A DNA stretch of 64,000 nucleotides from Amphiscolops sp. MND2022 (Eukaryota). Shown piece by piece: positions 51,279 through 64,000 of this stretch. The stretch lies in assembly GCA_964187785.1 (NCBI GenBank), contig OZ076409.1:8806001-8870000 (forward strand), read 5' to 3'. The notes under the pieces were generated by a model. The model was not told where the DNA came from and made no database searches. It was given only the letters and a program-made list of their open reading frames with translations. Each line of letters starts with the position of its first letter. Within the stretch, counting starts at the first letter, position 1. A program made the position numbers and the translations under genes.

Positions 51279-52039
51279 GGCGTAACATTCAATGCCGGGC
51301 GAGACTAAAGGATCCCTTTTTCATTTTTTTAACATTGTGAGACTTTTTTTCAGAAAAACTTTCCCCAGAGAGTCCCTTTCCAATTTTTAGGTTTTTGCGA
51401 CAGAATGAATATTGAAAACTCTCCCCTTCTGCTTAATCCTTTTACTTTTTTCGGCATTGTTGGACTTCTTTTCAATTTTTCACCAAAGGGTTCCCCCTTC
51501 AATTTTTTTGATGATTTGCGACAGAATGGATAAAAAATTTGAAAGCATCCTCCCTAGCACGCCAACTTTTAGGTTTTTCGGGTACTGTAGAAGAATACTT
51601 TGACACTTTGCAGTCCTTTTGCTTTTTTTGAGTCATAAACATAGCACCGACCTGTTCACGGCTTGTTTTGATTTGGCAAAAGTAAAGGAGAGACAATGGG
51701 TCATATTTCGGCCCGAGCGACTTTTTCAGCGAACAAAATCAATTCGCCCGAGAGTCTCGCTTATTTTTCTTGAATGTTTTCAGTTAGGCAAGCACATGTT
51801 TCGAAGCAAAGGTGCCTTCTTTAGTAATTTTGGCTTTGTGTAATTTTTAAAAAGAAAAAAAAAATTTACTGAGGGGTCTCGCCAATGTCTCATTTTATCT
51901 TCTCGAATAGAAAACAAACTTTTCCGAGGTTAAAGGTGCCTCTTGATTCTCATCTCGAACTTCTTACAGGTTTGTTTTTCACCAGCTAGCCTCTCAAGAG
52001 AAGGAATTCATATTCAATCGATCTTCTGTGTTCACTATG

Positions 52040-52330
52040 TGTCCCAGGTTACCGCCTGTGACGGCAACTTTTCATGATCGACCAGATTAGGTCAATCGCC
52101 CTACCAGGAACGTTGCCGTTTTAATAAACTGTAAATTACAAACTTTATGTTATTGTTTCTGAGATATGTAAATATAGTTGATACAATTACGTGCTATTTT
52201 ATTTGACAGCAAGCTATACTGACAGGCAGAAAGGAAACGCGTTCAAATCCTGCTTGCTGTCTACGACAATATGGCCAATCACGGCTTAGAATTCAGTTGT
52301 TGTTGCTTTGATAGTATATTACTGTATGCA
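52040..52330 (+). repeat. Diverged LTR-like fragment related to 56470-56830
   Basis: Shared colinear blocks CAGG.T.CCGCCTGTGA.GGCA, GAACGTTGC..TTTTAAT and GCCAATCAC. Extent uncertain. Confidence 0.4.
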
Positions 52331-53222
52331 TAGTTAACCAGAAAAAGGTGAATAAGGCCACGCTGCGTAGTTGTTTTTATTTGTTAAGTTAAAATTGTTG
52401 TTGATGTATGTACATTAGATTATGCGCTGTCTATTACAGATTTTCTAAAGCTAGTGTAATGACAGGTACTCAAATGATGCTTTGATTGATTTCCCCCAAT
52501 GAAAATACTCATAAAGCCTAACACGGCTAGTTGACTGGATAGGCTTAATCGAGCTTAAATTATCGACATGAAAACGATGCTGCATGTAAATATGACCTAA
52601 CATGTTTAGATGTCCTGTCCGTTAATTTAACAAATCACAAATGCTGTTACCACTTTGTAATACCTTCTCCCATTCCCTGTTGCAGTAACCTATAAGCCCA
52701 TCAAAGCAGTCGGCCATATAAGTCAATCATGACATGCAATGACATGTAAAGTTGCTGATTACATGTGATGGTCATTTTATATTGATTTAGCTTAACCAAC
52801 ACGCCCGTTGTGTTAAGTGCTTCGAAGTATCCGCCCCCACAAGGACTTGGTGACATGATTATGCTAATTATAGGCATGACTATTCTATTTTGGACTCTGA
52901 AGTTTTTTAACAAAATCTTGACACGCCATTGTCTGATTGTCATGCTTAATTGGGTATAAAAATAAATATATATAATTGGGTATAAATTCAGATTGTACAT
53001 TGAACGCTAATATAGCAACTTGTATCTCACTGCATTAAGTATATATATCCCAGTTAGAGGTTAAAACTATATTGAGGATATGGCTCGGAAGAATTTTTAC
53101 GGCGATTAATGCCTTACTGACGCACAGACGTCAGTTGGGTCTCTGACAGTTGAAAATATAAAATACATTCTTGTTTTGTCTTGAAATTTTGACCAATGCA
53201 AAAAGTGAACATTTTATGTTAA

Positions 53223-53780
53223 CCCTAGTCGAGATTGCTTGAATTTTTTACATGCTGCATGGAAATATGCAGGCTACTTTTTTACAAAACAGGGAAAATT
53301 CCGGGAGCCTGCATGGAAAGATTTTGAAGCAAACAATGCAGCCTCCACTATTTGAATTTACACTGAAAACATTTCTTCACAGCCGCGATCACTTTGTTTT
53401 CAGGGGTAAGTTTCTCAAGTAAGTACTTTATGTAATCACCGTTAGTCAAATAGCACGCTGAATTTGACGCTACTTTGAAACTCATATTGTGACTGGTTTT
53501 TTTTTCATTAAAATTTCGGTAAAATTGATGGAAATCGCAGCTGCTTTCAAAATTAGAACGGCGTCTTAATGAAACCGGCAGAATTTTCTGGCGCAGATTT
53601 CCTTCCATTTTTAGGATGCATCTTAAAAGCAGCTTGATAAATGTAAATCGAATCAGTTTCAATGCATGGACGTTTCTTCGAGAATTTTATAGAATATTGG
53701 AAAATTACTTTGGTAACCTATAAAAACGAAAGCATTCAAGCAGTTCAAACTACAAAAATTTCAAGCAGTTCCAACAAGGG
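53223..53780. mobile_element. CMC/EnSpm-like non-autonomous TIR element, copy 2 (inverted relative to 6225-6773)
   Basis: CCCTAGTCGAGATTGCTTGAA ... TTCAAGCAGTTCCAACAAGGG, AA/AA flanks. The ORF-track pseudo-peptides of the two copies align. Confidence 0.75.
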
Positions 53781-53953
53781 AACGCAACTTTTTCTCAATG
53801 TTATCTCAACTCTTAGCGCAAGTTTTAAAGCCAACAAAATTTGGGCTCTGCTTAGAGCCTAACGTTTTTTCATAATATATATAAGGGGAAAATGAAAATG
53901 ACGTAAATTTTGTATCACCTTCTGTCATGTACTTTTCTTAATTGCTCAAGAAG

Positions 53954-54467
53954 AAACAAACCGGGAACGGCCCAAGTCGGCGCCATATCTAAGGCTCAAA
54001 AATAACGAAAAGACTTAAAAGTGTCAAGTATTCTCTTCTACAGTATTCGAATGAGGAAAAAGTTTTTTTCTAAGTCTCCGGTAAGTCGCATAGGGCCAAA
54101 AATGTAAAAAGCGGACCCTTTGAGATTTTTGAACGTCCATATTGTTGGAAAATATAAAAAATTGAATAGGAGACCCTTTGGAGACATTGAAAAAAATTCC
54201 GAAAACAAGTCTCACAAAGCCGAAATAACATGCACAAAAGTAGTTTTGGTCAAGGGCGAGACTCGAACGACGTCCGTTTGCTTGGCAGACCTAAAAAAAG
54301 TATAACTAATCTCTATGCCAAGTGGCAGTAGAAGTTACAGTTACAAGCTTAGTGTGGCAGTTAGTGGAAGCAACAGCTTTTTTATAAAGCTTATAAAATC
54401 AGTCACGTCGTTGGTCTCAAAAAACTCAGTGCTATAATATGCGTTATCTACGAAAGCGCTGACTAAA
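53954..54467 (+). mobile_element. DINE-1/HINE-like element, copy 5
   Basis: AAACAAACCGGGAACGGCCCAAGTCGGCGCCATATCTAAGGCTCAAAA ... AAAGCGCTGACTAAA. Confidence 0.65.
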
Positions 54468-54533
54468 CATGACAATAAAAAAATTTATCACCTATTTTTC
54501 AGATTTTTAAATCTTGAAGTTACATATTTTCAG

Positions 54534-54873
54534 GAGAACACAGTTGGAATTGGACTATGCAATTGCATTATCATACAAACCTCAATTTATCGTTCGGGGA
54601 TCTTATCAGATCGGAAGGTTTACCGGCTCGTTTCCATGACGAAAACTTCAAAAACAGCGAATTTGATGCAAACATGAAAAAAGCATCTCAGATTGGCCTG
54701 GGCATTTATGATCACAACAACAATGTGTACGAAGCATTCACCTTTGCTGGGGTAGGGGTCACAGATAAATGGTTTCAGGCACACAAAATTTTGATGAACT
54801 ACAAATGGGATAAAGTTTTGCTAGCTACGGCGCAGTTTGTTTTTTCCCCAGAAGGTTTCGAAATAACAACTCG
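54534..54873 (+). CDS. Host gene exon: first part of C-terminal globular domain
   Basis: TTTTCAG acceptor in phase 1, open frame EHSWNWTMQLHY...GFEITT, donor CG|GTATGG (phase 2). Confidence 0.78.
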
Positions 54874-55029
54874 GTATGGCGACAACTGCGATCAGGGATG
54901 TAAAAAATGTATTCTATTTTAATATATTGACAGTAAATAAAAGAAGTATATTGATTTTTAGGTTTGTACAATAAAATATATTTATTTTTTGGTCCAACGT
55001 ATTTGTGTTTTGGGCCAATATGTTTGGAT

Positions 55030-55535
55030 ATTGGCTTCGGGCAATAAGTTCGATTTACTAAGTTCGAATTTGAACTAGTGCAATAAGTTCGAATGGAATA
55101 GTTTTGAGACACCAAGTTCGAATTTTCATATCGGGCATATCCGGTGTAAACTGGACATCCTTCACACAAGATCCTGAGAGCTCCACCGCCTAGGATCTAA
55201 AGAAATCTAAAAACTGAATTGTGGGGCTTATCCGGTGTATGCACGCTCGCCCTTACCGTCGCAAAGACCAGCTCCCACTACGATCGCTTCACGATCTCCG
55301 TTCCCGCTAGGTCTTTGCTCTTGTTCGACCTCGCTTAGCAAAATGGGAACATAAGCGGTCCCAAGGGGCCGCGGGGCACTAGATGAAATGGGGAAATATC
55401 AGAGGCACGTTTTAATTATAATTCAAAATTCGAACACAGTGATTCGAACTTGTTCCGGTTTTTGGAAAATTCGAACTTAGTCCATTCGAAATTAAAATTC
55501 GAACTTATGCGTTCGAACTTATTACCGTGCCCCTG
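55030..55535. mobile_element. Degenerate MITE with subterminal AAGTTCGAA / TTCGAACTT repeats
   Basis: Oppositely oriented TTCGAA-containing repeats at the two ends. Right end ..TTATTACCGTGCCCCTG. Left terminus decayed. Confidence 0.45.
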
Positions 55536-55850
55536 GATATTCATTTAAATGTTGGCAAATATTCAAGCAAATGCGTTACTTTGATTTTTACGCAAAATAT
55601 ACGAATCTCAATTCACTTTCTCGATCGACTGTTATTAAGTATTCGGATTTAGTTACTAGTCGTGCGCAAAATCCATTTCAGTATTTTTCGTAAGTTTATT
55701 CATGGTTAAAATTACAGTGCAAGAAGTGCAGAAACAACTTATTTGTGCGAACAGTATATATTTTTTGTCACTCAATATTAGTCAATATACTTAATATTTT
55801 CATTGTTAAGCAGCAATAAAAAATGTTTATTTTTTTAAAAAAATATCAAG

Positions 55851-56073
55851 AAAATACAATTCTTCCATCCCTGATTGTGATCAGTCTGGCTTCCTGAAAC
55901 TAGTTTGTGACCGTGAAACGCAGTGTGATCAGTTCAAATGGTGGCTGAATGACCCCAGTCTGAAAGTTCACCCTTGTGGAATTGTTTTTTCCAGTAGCTC
56001 GCAACCTGTCAATTTCGAACGAGGTACTTGGGCCAAAGCTATCCAAATTGCGACAGCAGAAAGATACGGTTGA
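55851..56073 (+). CDS. Host gene last exon
   Basis: AG acceptor in phase 2, open frame KYNSSIPDCDQSGFLKLVCDRETQCDQFKWW...CGIVFSSSSQPVNFERGTWAKAIQIATAERYG, stop TGA at 56071-73. Confidence 0.72.
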
Positions 56074-57658
56074 AAGTTTTTCGAATCAAACTGCTGAAGT
56101 TTTGGAAATTTATCGGACCCACAGCAATTAGGTCTATGAAGTTTTCTTCAGTTCAGTATATTGTGAACATTTAGAGCAAAAAACATTTGCATGGTGTGAC
56201 GTATGACCGAATATGAGTTCATATAATTCAACTTTCAACAAAAAACTTAACAAACAATTCCCTTTCCAAAGAGAATCTCCCTCATCTAATAATCAATTGC
56301 TCAGTTACTCAATGATAAAAGCTGCAAACATTATTGGATTAATGTCTTTTGCTTAGGATTTTCGTCAAAATCAGCTTAAGGTTTTGTTTCGAAAAAAAAG
56401 ATGTATTCAGGATGTAATAAGATCTTTTGTTCTACTAGGGCTAGGTTACGAGTCGTGAATTGTTTTTGTCGCAGGCTGCCGCCTGTGATGGCACAAGAGT
56501 GTCAATTACATCAAATGACCAGAAAATAGCGCCCGGAACTCTTCCTATCTATTGAAATATACACTAGCAAACTTTCCTAATCAAACAATTTTACCTGTTA
56601 TTTTATTTTAGAAACGTTGCTATTTTAATTGTTTCATTCCATTAGTCTGTTAACAGTTGTTGAATGATATTTGTGATTCTGAAGATTTACAAACTCAAGT
56701 GAAGGCAAGTTGAAGTAACAAGCTAAGCAGTAGACTGGAAACATGTTCGAGTGCGGAAACGTCCTTTCGCGGCAGCGTTACTTGCCAGCTACATTATAGC
56801 CAATCACAGAGCGGTACAATTAGTATTATTTGAAGTGTTGTTAGAATGGGCCGAATACGGCCAATTGACTAGATAAAAGCAGTAAAAAGTAGTATTCTAG
56901 TCAAGTAGCCGGTTAGAGCCAGTTACTTCTGATCACTCAATATGTGCTACTATGTTGATTGATTTGTCATTGTAATACCCGGAACGTTTCTTTTGTTTGT
57001 TACATTAAATAAAGGCTACTCAGCAATGATTTGTTGCTTAGAGATGCTAGCTTTTGTGTATAAATCTTTAGCTCAAGTGCGATGAAAGCCACATTCACTT
57101 TAGACTCAGCTTCTCCCAGATTAAATTCAGAATTCTGAAACATGAAAATTGGCGTAGTATTTAACGAAGCATGCATTTGTTTTGCGTTTGAAAATGTAGT
57201 TAAAAGTGTTGATACTTATTCCTAATACCATTGTGATAGTAGAGGTACTGGAATTTGTTGATGTCAAAACTTAGATGATGTTTTCCTTACCCCCGATAAG
57301 GCCAAATTCCTAAAGGTGCTTTGATGGTGCTGACGCCGCTATTAAAGAGTTGTGTTAATGGTAGTCAACCACCTTGGTACACCTTGATAATGTGCTACTT
57401 GAGGAATAATTTGTTGGTTGGAAAATATGTAGTTCGGGCTGATGAAATGCAATTGGAATGCTATTTTTTTTACTCAGTAATGTAAAAATGTGACTGTCAC
57501 CTTCTCAGGAGTATATAAACCCCTGTTTTGCCTGAGAGTGTCACAATCCAGTTTTCCTTGCTTCGACTTAGTTTGATATCTAAAACTGTTCATAGTTTAA
57601 CACTCTCATTTAATTTTCAACAGTATTAAAACAAATATTCTCGCTCGGATTCTCTTCA

Positions 57659-59377
57659 AAGCCTACCACTAGAAAACAAAAGAAGGCTACAAAATCGAGA
57701 GGACTAGAAATGTTCTCAGATATAGAAAACTTAGACATAATGTTAGGTAAGGTGTTAGGTACGGAGACACACAGAGAGAGAGGAAAGTGTGAATAGCAAT
57801 CTCGCTAGAAGACCTGAAAGTGCCAATAGCAATATCTTTGAAAACAATGAAGGAAATATTTACATAAATCCTAGAGGTATCGAATCTAGTAACGATGCCG
57901 GTCTCGGCCAAAATTCTACAAGCGCTAACTCTAGTGCTGAGATCAACAAACTGTCATTTGAATTGAACTCAATGATATCTAGGGAGATGGATGAGGTGAT
58001 CAATAGTGTCCGCGTTCAGATTCAGAGGGCAATTAATGATGCTATTAGTAATCAGGTATTACCCCAAATCGAGAATACCATCATGGCCAGATCGGGACAT
58101 ATGACACAGAGAGGATGGAACGTTCCGGCCAAGGGAAACAACTGCCGAAAATTCGCGAAATGAAAAGGCCAGAAATAATTCGAAAAGTGAGCTTGTCCAA
58201 AATCGCTTTAACGACGGACGAAAATAGGCAATGCTTATGACATGGTGACAGGAGAAAACGAATCTCCAATCCTAGTTCCCGAGTTTCTCACGGGACGAAT
58301 GCCATCACGAAGCCATCTCAACCAATACCAGGATGACCTCAATGCCCTACATGACACGACGATCCCAGCGCAAGAGAGAACCGCACCGGCTGCAGAGTCA
58401 GATCCAATCAACAGACTAGCAGATGTCTTGACAGGTGTGCAGAATCGACCGACAGCCCAACAACTCACTATCCGACCGGTCAACTCCAAAACAATGACCT
58501 TTGACGGCAAAAGCGAGGAGTTTGAGCTGTTTGAAGATCTCTTTCACACTATGATCAAGTTGCAGCCCGAGATGTCTGAACAAACGAAAATCAACCACTT
58601 TTACTCACTTCTGAGGAAAAATGCGTTGCAGACATTCATGAAAATTAGTACAGCCAACAGACAAACTCTTGAAGATGAACTAGTCAACATCAGACGAAAA
58701 TACGTCAAGCCTGAATATCAAGCAACTGCCAAACACAAAAGGCACTGTCTGGTATTTGTTGCGAACACGATGAAATTACCAGACTTCTTGGAAGAACTCA
58801 ATCAAGGGTCAGAAAAAACGTTCGGCGACAACGCCCAAAAGATAATTGACACTCAATTGACGCAAAACTGCCACCGAAAATGAAAAGGTCAGTAAATATG
58901 GCCAGATTAAAAAATGGCTCTAATGATGAAATCGTGGCCCATCTTGAAAAAAAATTAGAACTCAACGCTCTTGAGGAATCCGACAATTTGCCAATGGCGA
59001 CAATGACATCCTCAACATCCAAGTCTAAACCCCTCTCTCTACTGGGCAAATGACCGACATCGCTTGTAACTACTGCAAGGAAAAGGGCCATATGGTCCAA
59101 TACTGCGAGAAATGAAAAAAAGAAAAAAGGAAGAAACGTCCAACAAGGCAAACCGACTCAGAAGAAGGTTTACCCTGAGTTTGGGACATGTGGCAAGAAA
59201 AATCACAAAGAAGAGCGATGTTGGCAGGGCGCAGGTGCGCACCTCAAACCTAAGCGAACCAGACCTGAAAACTCAAGTGACAACAATCCAGATTCAGAGG
59301 TATAAAAGCCACAATACAAACTAACACCGTCGAACTACTCCCAATCTTCATCCAAGAACGATGATTCAAAAAACTAA
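57659..59377 (+). pseudogene. gag: gag, beginning inside the LTR
   Basis: PTTRKQKKA.. through NAYDMVTGENE (crosses the LTR/PBS boundary), TFDGKSEEFELFEDLF, two knuckles, stop at 59375-77. Confidence 0.8.
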
Positions 59378-59822
59378 CTTCGCCACGACCCCACTACAAC
59401 CATCTAGTGTCAGTAAGACAGTACATTAGGACGGTCCCTCCAACTAACACTTTCTATAAACAACAACAACAACAATTGATGGGCTAACTTTCTGTCGTCT
59501 GGCAGCAGCAGTTGGAAAAAGTTACCATTGTTAATTATAACATCACCCATTGCTACCTAAAACAAATTACGGTTTGCGATCCTGACCATACAACAACCCT
59601 CACTACCCGATTCAGGCCCATTCCCCTGATTGACGATTACAACCCAACGTACATCGACCCAGACTATGGCAGAAATCCTTTTGGGATACCGAGATCTACA
59701 ATCAAGAAATATTACAATTCCAAGACGTCCTAGATGATATCGAGCACTACCAAACAACAGTCCACGAGAACCCTCCAATAAAGCACAATAAGAAAACCAG
59801 TGCATTAATTGAAAACTGGCAA

Positions 59823-62800
59823 ATGAATGATGGCATTGCCCATCCAGTGTTCCCAAATCCTCTGGGAACCGAAAACCCTGAAACAAACATTGAGACAACT
59901 CTGCAATCCCTGTTGGATGAGAAACAATTTCAAAATGTCCTCATTTCCAAAGATTGTGAGCCAGACTGTATACCGCTTTTGACTAATATCAACCTCAAAT
60001 GCAAAAAACGCATGCTGTATTTACCAATGGATTTTGGGGAATTGACCAATGACGGCCTAAACGCCACTGGAGAACTATCCAGTGCAATTCCTGAAATGGA
60101 CCCCTGGAAATTTTTTTCTCCACAATCTGTTTTCCGGGAAGGTCGGCCTCCAAACTTTCAAATAATGGTCGCAAATGGACAATTAGAGACTCCTAAGAGT
60201 ACAATCGAGCCCAAGTTTGAGGTTGGTGAAATCGAGTTCCACGAAATCTTCATAGTAATGGAGAATTGGACGGGACAGATCATTGGACTAATGTTCCTTC
60301 AGCGAAACCATACAGTTCTCGACATGAGACAAGGAATTTTGAATATCCCGTTCTTTTCGATGCAGCTCAAAACCACTGATCACCGATATTCCAACGTCTT
60401 GGTGCCCATACTCAATCCGGCAGAAATCACCATTCCACCAAACGACAGAGTCCTAATCAGGACGAACTCCCTACTTTACCCTGAGAATGCTGTAACAGGA
60501 ATACTGCAACAGAGCAACCTTCTACGCAAGGAAGGCGACATTACCTTTTGCCCAGCTTTGGTCACTATGAATGAGGGCAATATATTGATATCGGTGAATA
60601 ACTTCACGGATCACCCCTACAAACTCAAGACGGGACTGCATATTCCTAATTTCTCAGTCATGACACCGGAACAGATGAAATATGTCAAACCGGTCGACGC
60701 AGTATCAAACTGGCATCTCTTACAAAATTACCAGGTGCAGACAGCCCATTATGTCAGTAGTGTGAGCAAGACTAATAAAAATCCACAATATTCTGAGATT
60801 TTTTGGTTTCCAACCCGGAAAATCCAGGGAACCCAGACGAGCACACACCCATCCAGAAAAGGATATTACGTAAACTACAGGCTCTACAGGACCTTGAGAC
60901 CCTTGATCCTACAAAAGACGAGGAATCAAGGGCAAAACTTCTAGAAAATTTTGATTGTTAAGATTCCACTCTCACACGATGAAAAAGCGAATATTGAAGA
61001 ATTGCTAGTGGAATTTCAAGACATATTTGCGAGACACAGATTTGACATAGGCATGAATGAGGAATTCAAGGTGAAACTGACCCCTAAAGACGGTTCCCCA
61101 GCTTACAGTAAAAGCCTCCCAGCGCCGATAAACCTGAAGGAGGACATTCTTGTTGAACTAGCCATTGTTACACAAAGATAGAATAAATACTACTTTGCCA
61201 TTTTCCAAGTATGCTAGCACGATATTTGCGCAGAAAAAGTTGAATGGGAAACTCCGACTCCTAATTGATCTGAGAAAAATCAACAACCTAATATCGAACG
61301 ATTATATAAACAATAATCACCCCGTTAGCACACTAACGGACGCTGCTCAGCATGTGGCAGGGAAAAAGCTCTTTTGTACACTGGATTGTTGTCAGCATAT
61401 CATTGCCTACAAATGGCCGACCAACGATCAATTGAAATGTTGGCCTTCAATTTCGCTAGCCTACATTTGGCACAAGGCCTTAGCAGAAACTTGTCCGCAT
61501 TCTCTAGCTTCATGAGAGAATACCTCGATAAAGTTATAATGGCGGACATGTGTGCCCAGTATGTGGACGACATCGGCATTGCAGCCAACGATGCTGATCA
61601 CCTCCTCGCCAACTTGAGAGCAACTTTCAAATGATCAAGGAGGAAGGTTTCAAGCTGACCATGCACAAATGCTATTTTGGTGCTAGAGACTGACTTCCTT
61701 AGACGAACCATTACCCCACAAGGCGTAAAAGCCCAGAGACTGAACGTACAAAACTTCCTTGAAAAACAAACATATTTTCCGATGTCGAAAAAGGCTTTGC
61801 AACGCTTTTTGGGGTGTCTAAATTACTACAACAACTATATCCCAAGACTGTCTGAACGCTATGTTCCATTCTAGAAGGTGCTAAAAAGTGACGAAAAAAT
61901 CCTAGTATTGAAGGAATTAGTTAAACAATTTGAGGAAATTAACAAAGCACTTGACAAGTGTTGCGACTTAATACTACAGCAGCCCCTTCTTAAAACACAA
62001 ATCGCTCTAACGACAGACTCGAGCTTGGCTGCTACTGGGTATGCAGTTCTCATCGAACACGATCCTAACCAGAAATTTACCTCACTTCGGAATTCGTACG
62101 TACCGGTAGCCTATGGTTCAACACCTTCACCCCAACCCAGATAGAGATGTCTCTTTATGCAAAAGAATTTCTTGCTATTTGCTTCGCATTGAAAGAACTT
62201 GGGCATATTATCTGGGGAGTCCAACAATAAAGCCGTGACTCAATTTTTCCAAGCGAAAATCGTACCCCCAGCTCTGTGAAATGCTTGTGACTACGTCATA
62301 CAGTTTAACTTTGTCATAGCGCACATACATCCCAAGTGCACAAAACACGACAGTGGAATCAATTTCGGGTCAAGTTCTAGTCGGGATAAGTAAGTTACTT
62401 ATCCCGACTAGAACTTGACCCGAAGGACAAACTAGTTATGAAAATCCGCGAGGACGTACAAACCCTACCAATGAAGATCAATGTCCAAAAAGCAGGAGTC
62501 TCACAGGAAGAACAAATCTTATACACGAATGATGACTATGAGACGGAAGAGCAATTCTGGGCGAGAAAAGAAGCAATTCGACGGAATCCCGCCATAAAAG
62601 AAACAACCATTATAATTCAAACTGTTTATAATCTACGAACTTGATCAGGCAACAACCTGATTCACAAGTCCGACTACGCAAGACGAATCAAATAACCATC
62701 GTGCAATCCAAAGTTGCAGCATTACAGCAATTGAAGGCAAACACCTTCATGAGAAATACTCAGAAAGCATACTGCAACAGGATGCCTGATATAGACATTA

Positions 62801-64000
62801 TGCAAACAACTTGGAACGAATTGTAGTCAAGAAAGATTTCCTGACAAAGCAATATTTTAATAAAACAGGGAACGTCAAATACCATCTTCTCCCGCAACAC
62901 CTACTTCAGGAACAGCTTCAGTCCCTTCATGGGATGGCACCCTGGCATATCAAAGATGTTACAGGAGATCAGAGAGAGGTATTACTGCCCTAAAATGGCA
63001 AAACACGCTAAATAGTGGGTAGAAGGTTACGAACAATGCGCAAAGGACAAAAGCGTTCCCAACGCAACGATCAGCCTGAACTACGGAATGGGACCTTGGA
63101 CCCGAAAACGCTTTTCAGATTGACTTGACAAGTGGAGGATATGAAAATGTTCTAACTGCAATTGGTGTCTTCTCTCGATATCTGTTCGCTTATCCTCTTA
63201 CCGACGCTTAAGCAATCAATGTAGCGAAAGTTATCATTTTAAATATGACCAATAATGCGTAACTAACAACGACGCTCATTACTGATAAAAAAACTACATT
63301 GACTTCCACAATTATTGCTGAGATCACGCAAATTTTGGGAATTACACTCAAATGTGCAACAACAAAACACCCGCAAACGATTGGGAAATTGGAGCGAACT
63401 CATGCTTCAATCAAAACGAATCTCAAAATGGAATGTGTGGAATATCGCCGGCAATGGCACAAATATTTGCCATTAGCAGTTCTGAATAAAATACAAGCTA
63501 TCACGCCAGTATCGGTTGTGAACCAACAAGAGTATTCCATTGATGAGTTCCATACCATACCTTGGATCACAAGCTTGGAAATAATCCAAACAAACAAATC
63601 ACTCCGGCGACCGAATTTGTTGAAGAAATCCAGAATCGGAAAAAACTCCTAACTGACAAAACGAAGCAAAATATAATGCAGTCATACATAAAATACAAGG
63701 AGTTTTATGACCGCAAAGCAAAAGCTGCTTCGATCAAAGAAAATGACTTCTGTTTTGTATTACAGCCGAAAACAGATCACCAAGGATCAAAAACTCCATT
63801 TAGAGATTACCGTTGGGTTGGACCATTTATAGTCCAAAAAGTACAACAAAACGAGAATCACATAGTACGCTGGCTCAATACAAATAAATCTCAAATATTG
63901 CATCGCATTCGTCTTGAAAAGTTTGTTCCCAATCATTCGCTTGAGGACCAATTCCGAAAAGAGCGCTTGCAGCCGGATGAAGAAACTGTCGTTCCGCAAG
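59823..64000 (+). pseudogene. pol: pol (PR-RT-RH-IN) with many frameshifts
   Basis: FARHRFDIGMN, LRLLIDLRKIN, YVDDI, LTTDSSLAATG, HPQTIGKLERTH. Confidence 0.9.

Larger units (their letters stand above)
31612..51667 (-). mobile_element. DINE-1/HINE-like element split by the 19-kb LTR element (pieces 31612-31691 and 50704-51667)
   Basis: Joining ..TTCGATACACCTGAAG to TGACCAAAAAATTTATACCAAAAG.. restores the reverse complement of copy 1 (1540-1615). Confidence 0.8.
56413..64000 (+). mobile_element. Decayed Gypsy LTR retrotransposon of the same clade, truncated by the window edge
   Basis: LTR ends ..GACA (58242), then PBS TGGTGACAGGAG. Gag with CNYCKEKGH, followed by PR, RT (AQYVDDIGIAA), RH and IN (GKLERTH, WVGPF). 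The LTR start is a guess. Confidence 0.85.

Overview
AT-rich eukaryotic DNA, probably from a marine invertebrate; the species cannot be fixed from sequence alone. One + strand multi-exon gene spans about 1001-56073. Its eight phase-consistent exons (1629 nt, 542 aa) encode a secreted mosaic protein: signal peptide, LDL-receptor class A repeat, F-type lectin/discoidin-like domain, three EGF repeats and an unnamed C-terminal domain. Its introns are filled with mobile DNA: a Tc1/mariner relic, hAT and CMC-like MITEs, DINE-1/Helentron-like elements, a tRNA-SINE, a decayed Gypsy element and a 14.7-kb TIR element made almost entirely of about 375 copies of a 39-bp satellite. The main item is a 19-kb Gypsy LTR retrotransposon (31692-50703, - strand, TG..CA ends, 5-bp TSD). 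It carries a decayed antisense, intron-containing gene with a BED-like zinc finger. It also carries arrays of a 41-bp double palindrome (CGATG-N6-CGATG-N9-CATCG-N6-CATCG) in its LTRs and 3' region, with half-sites in the gene's introns. Together these make a candidate self-encoded regulator plus operator (possibly anti-silencing) system. A related Gypsy element starts at about 56.4 kb and runs off the window. The window opens with an 890-bp spacerless palindrome just upstream of the host gene.
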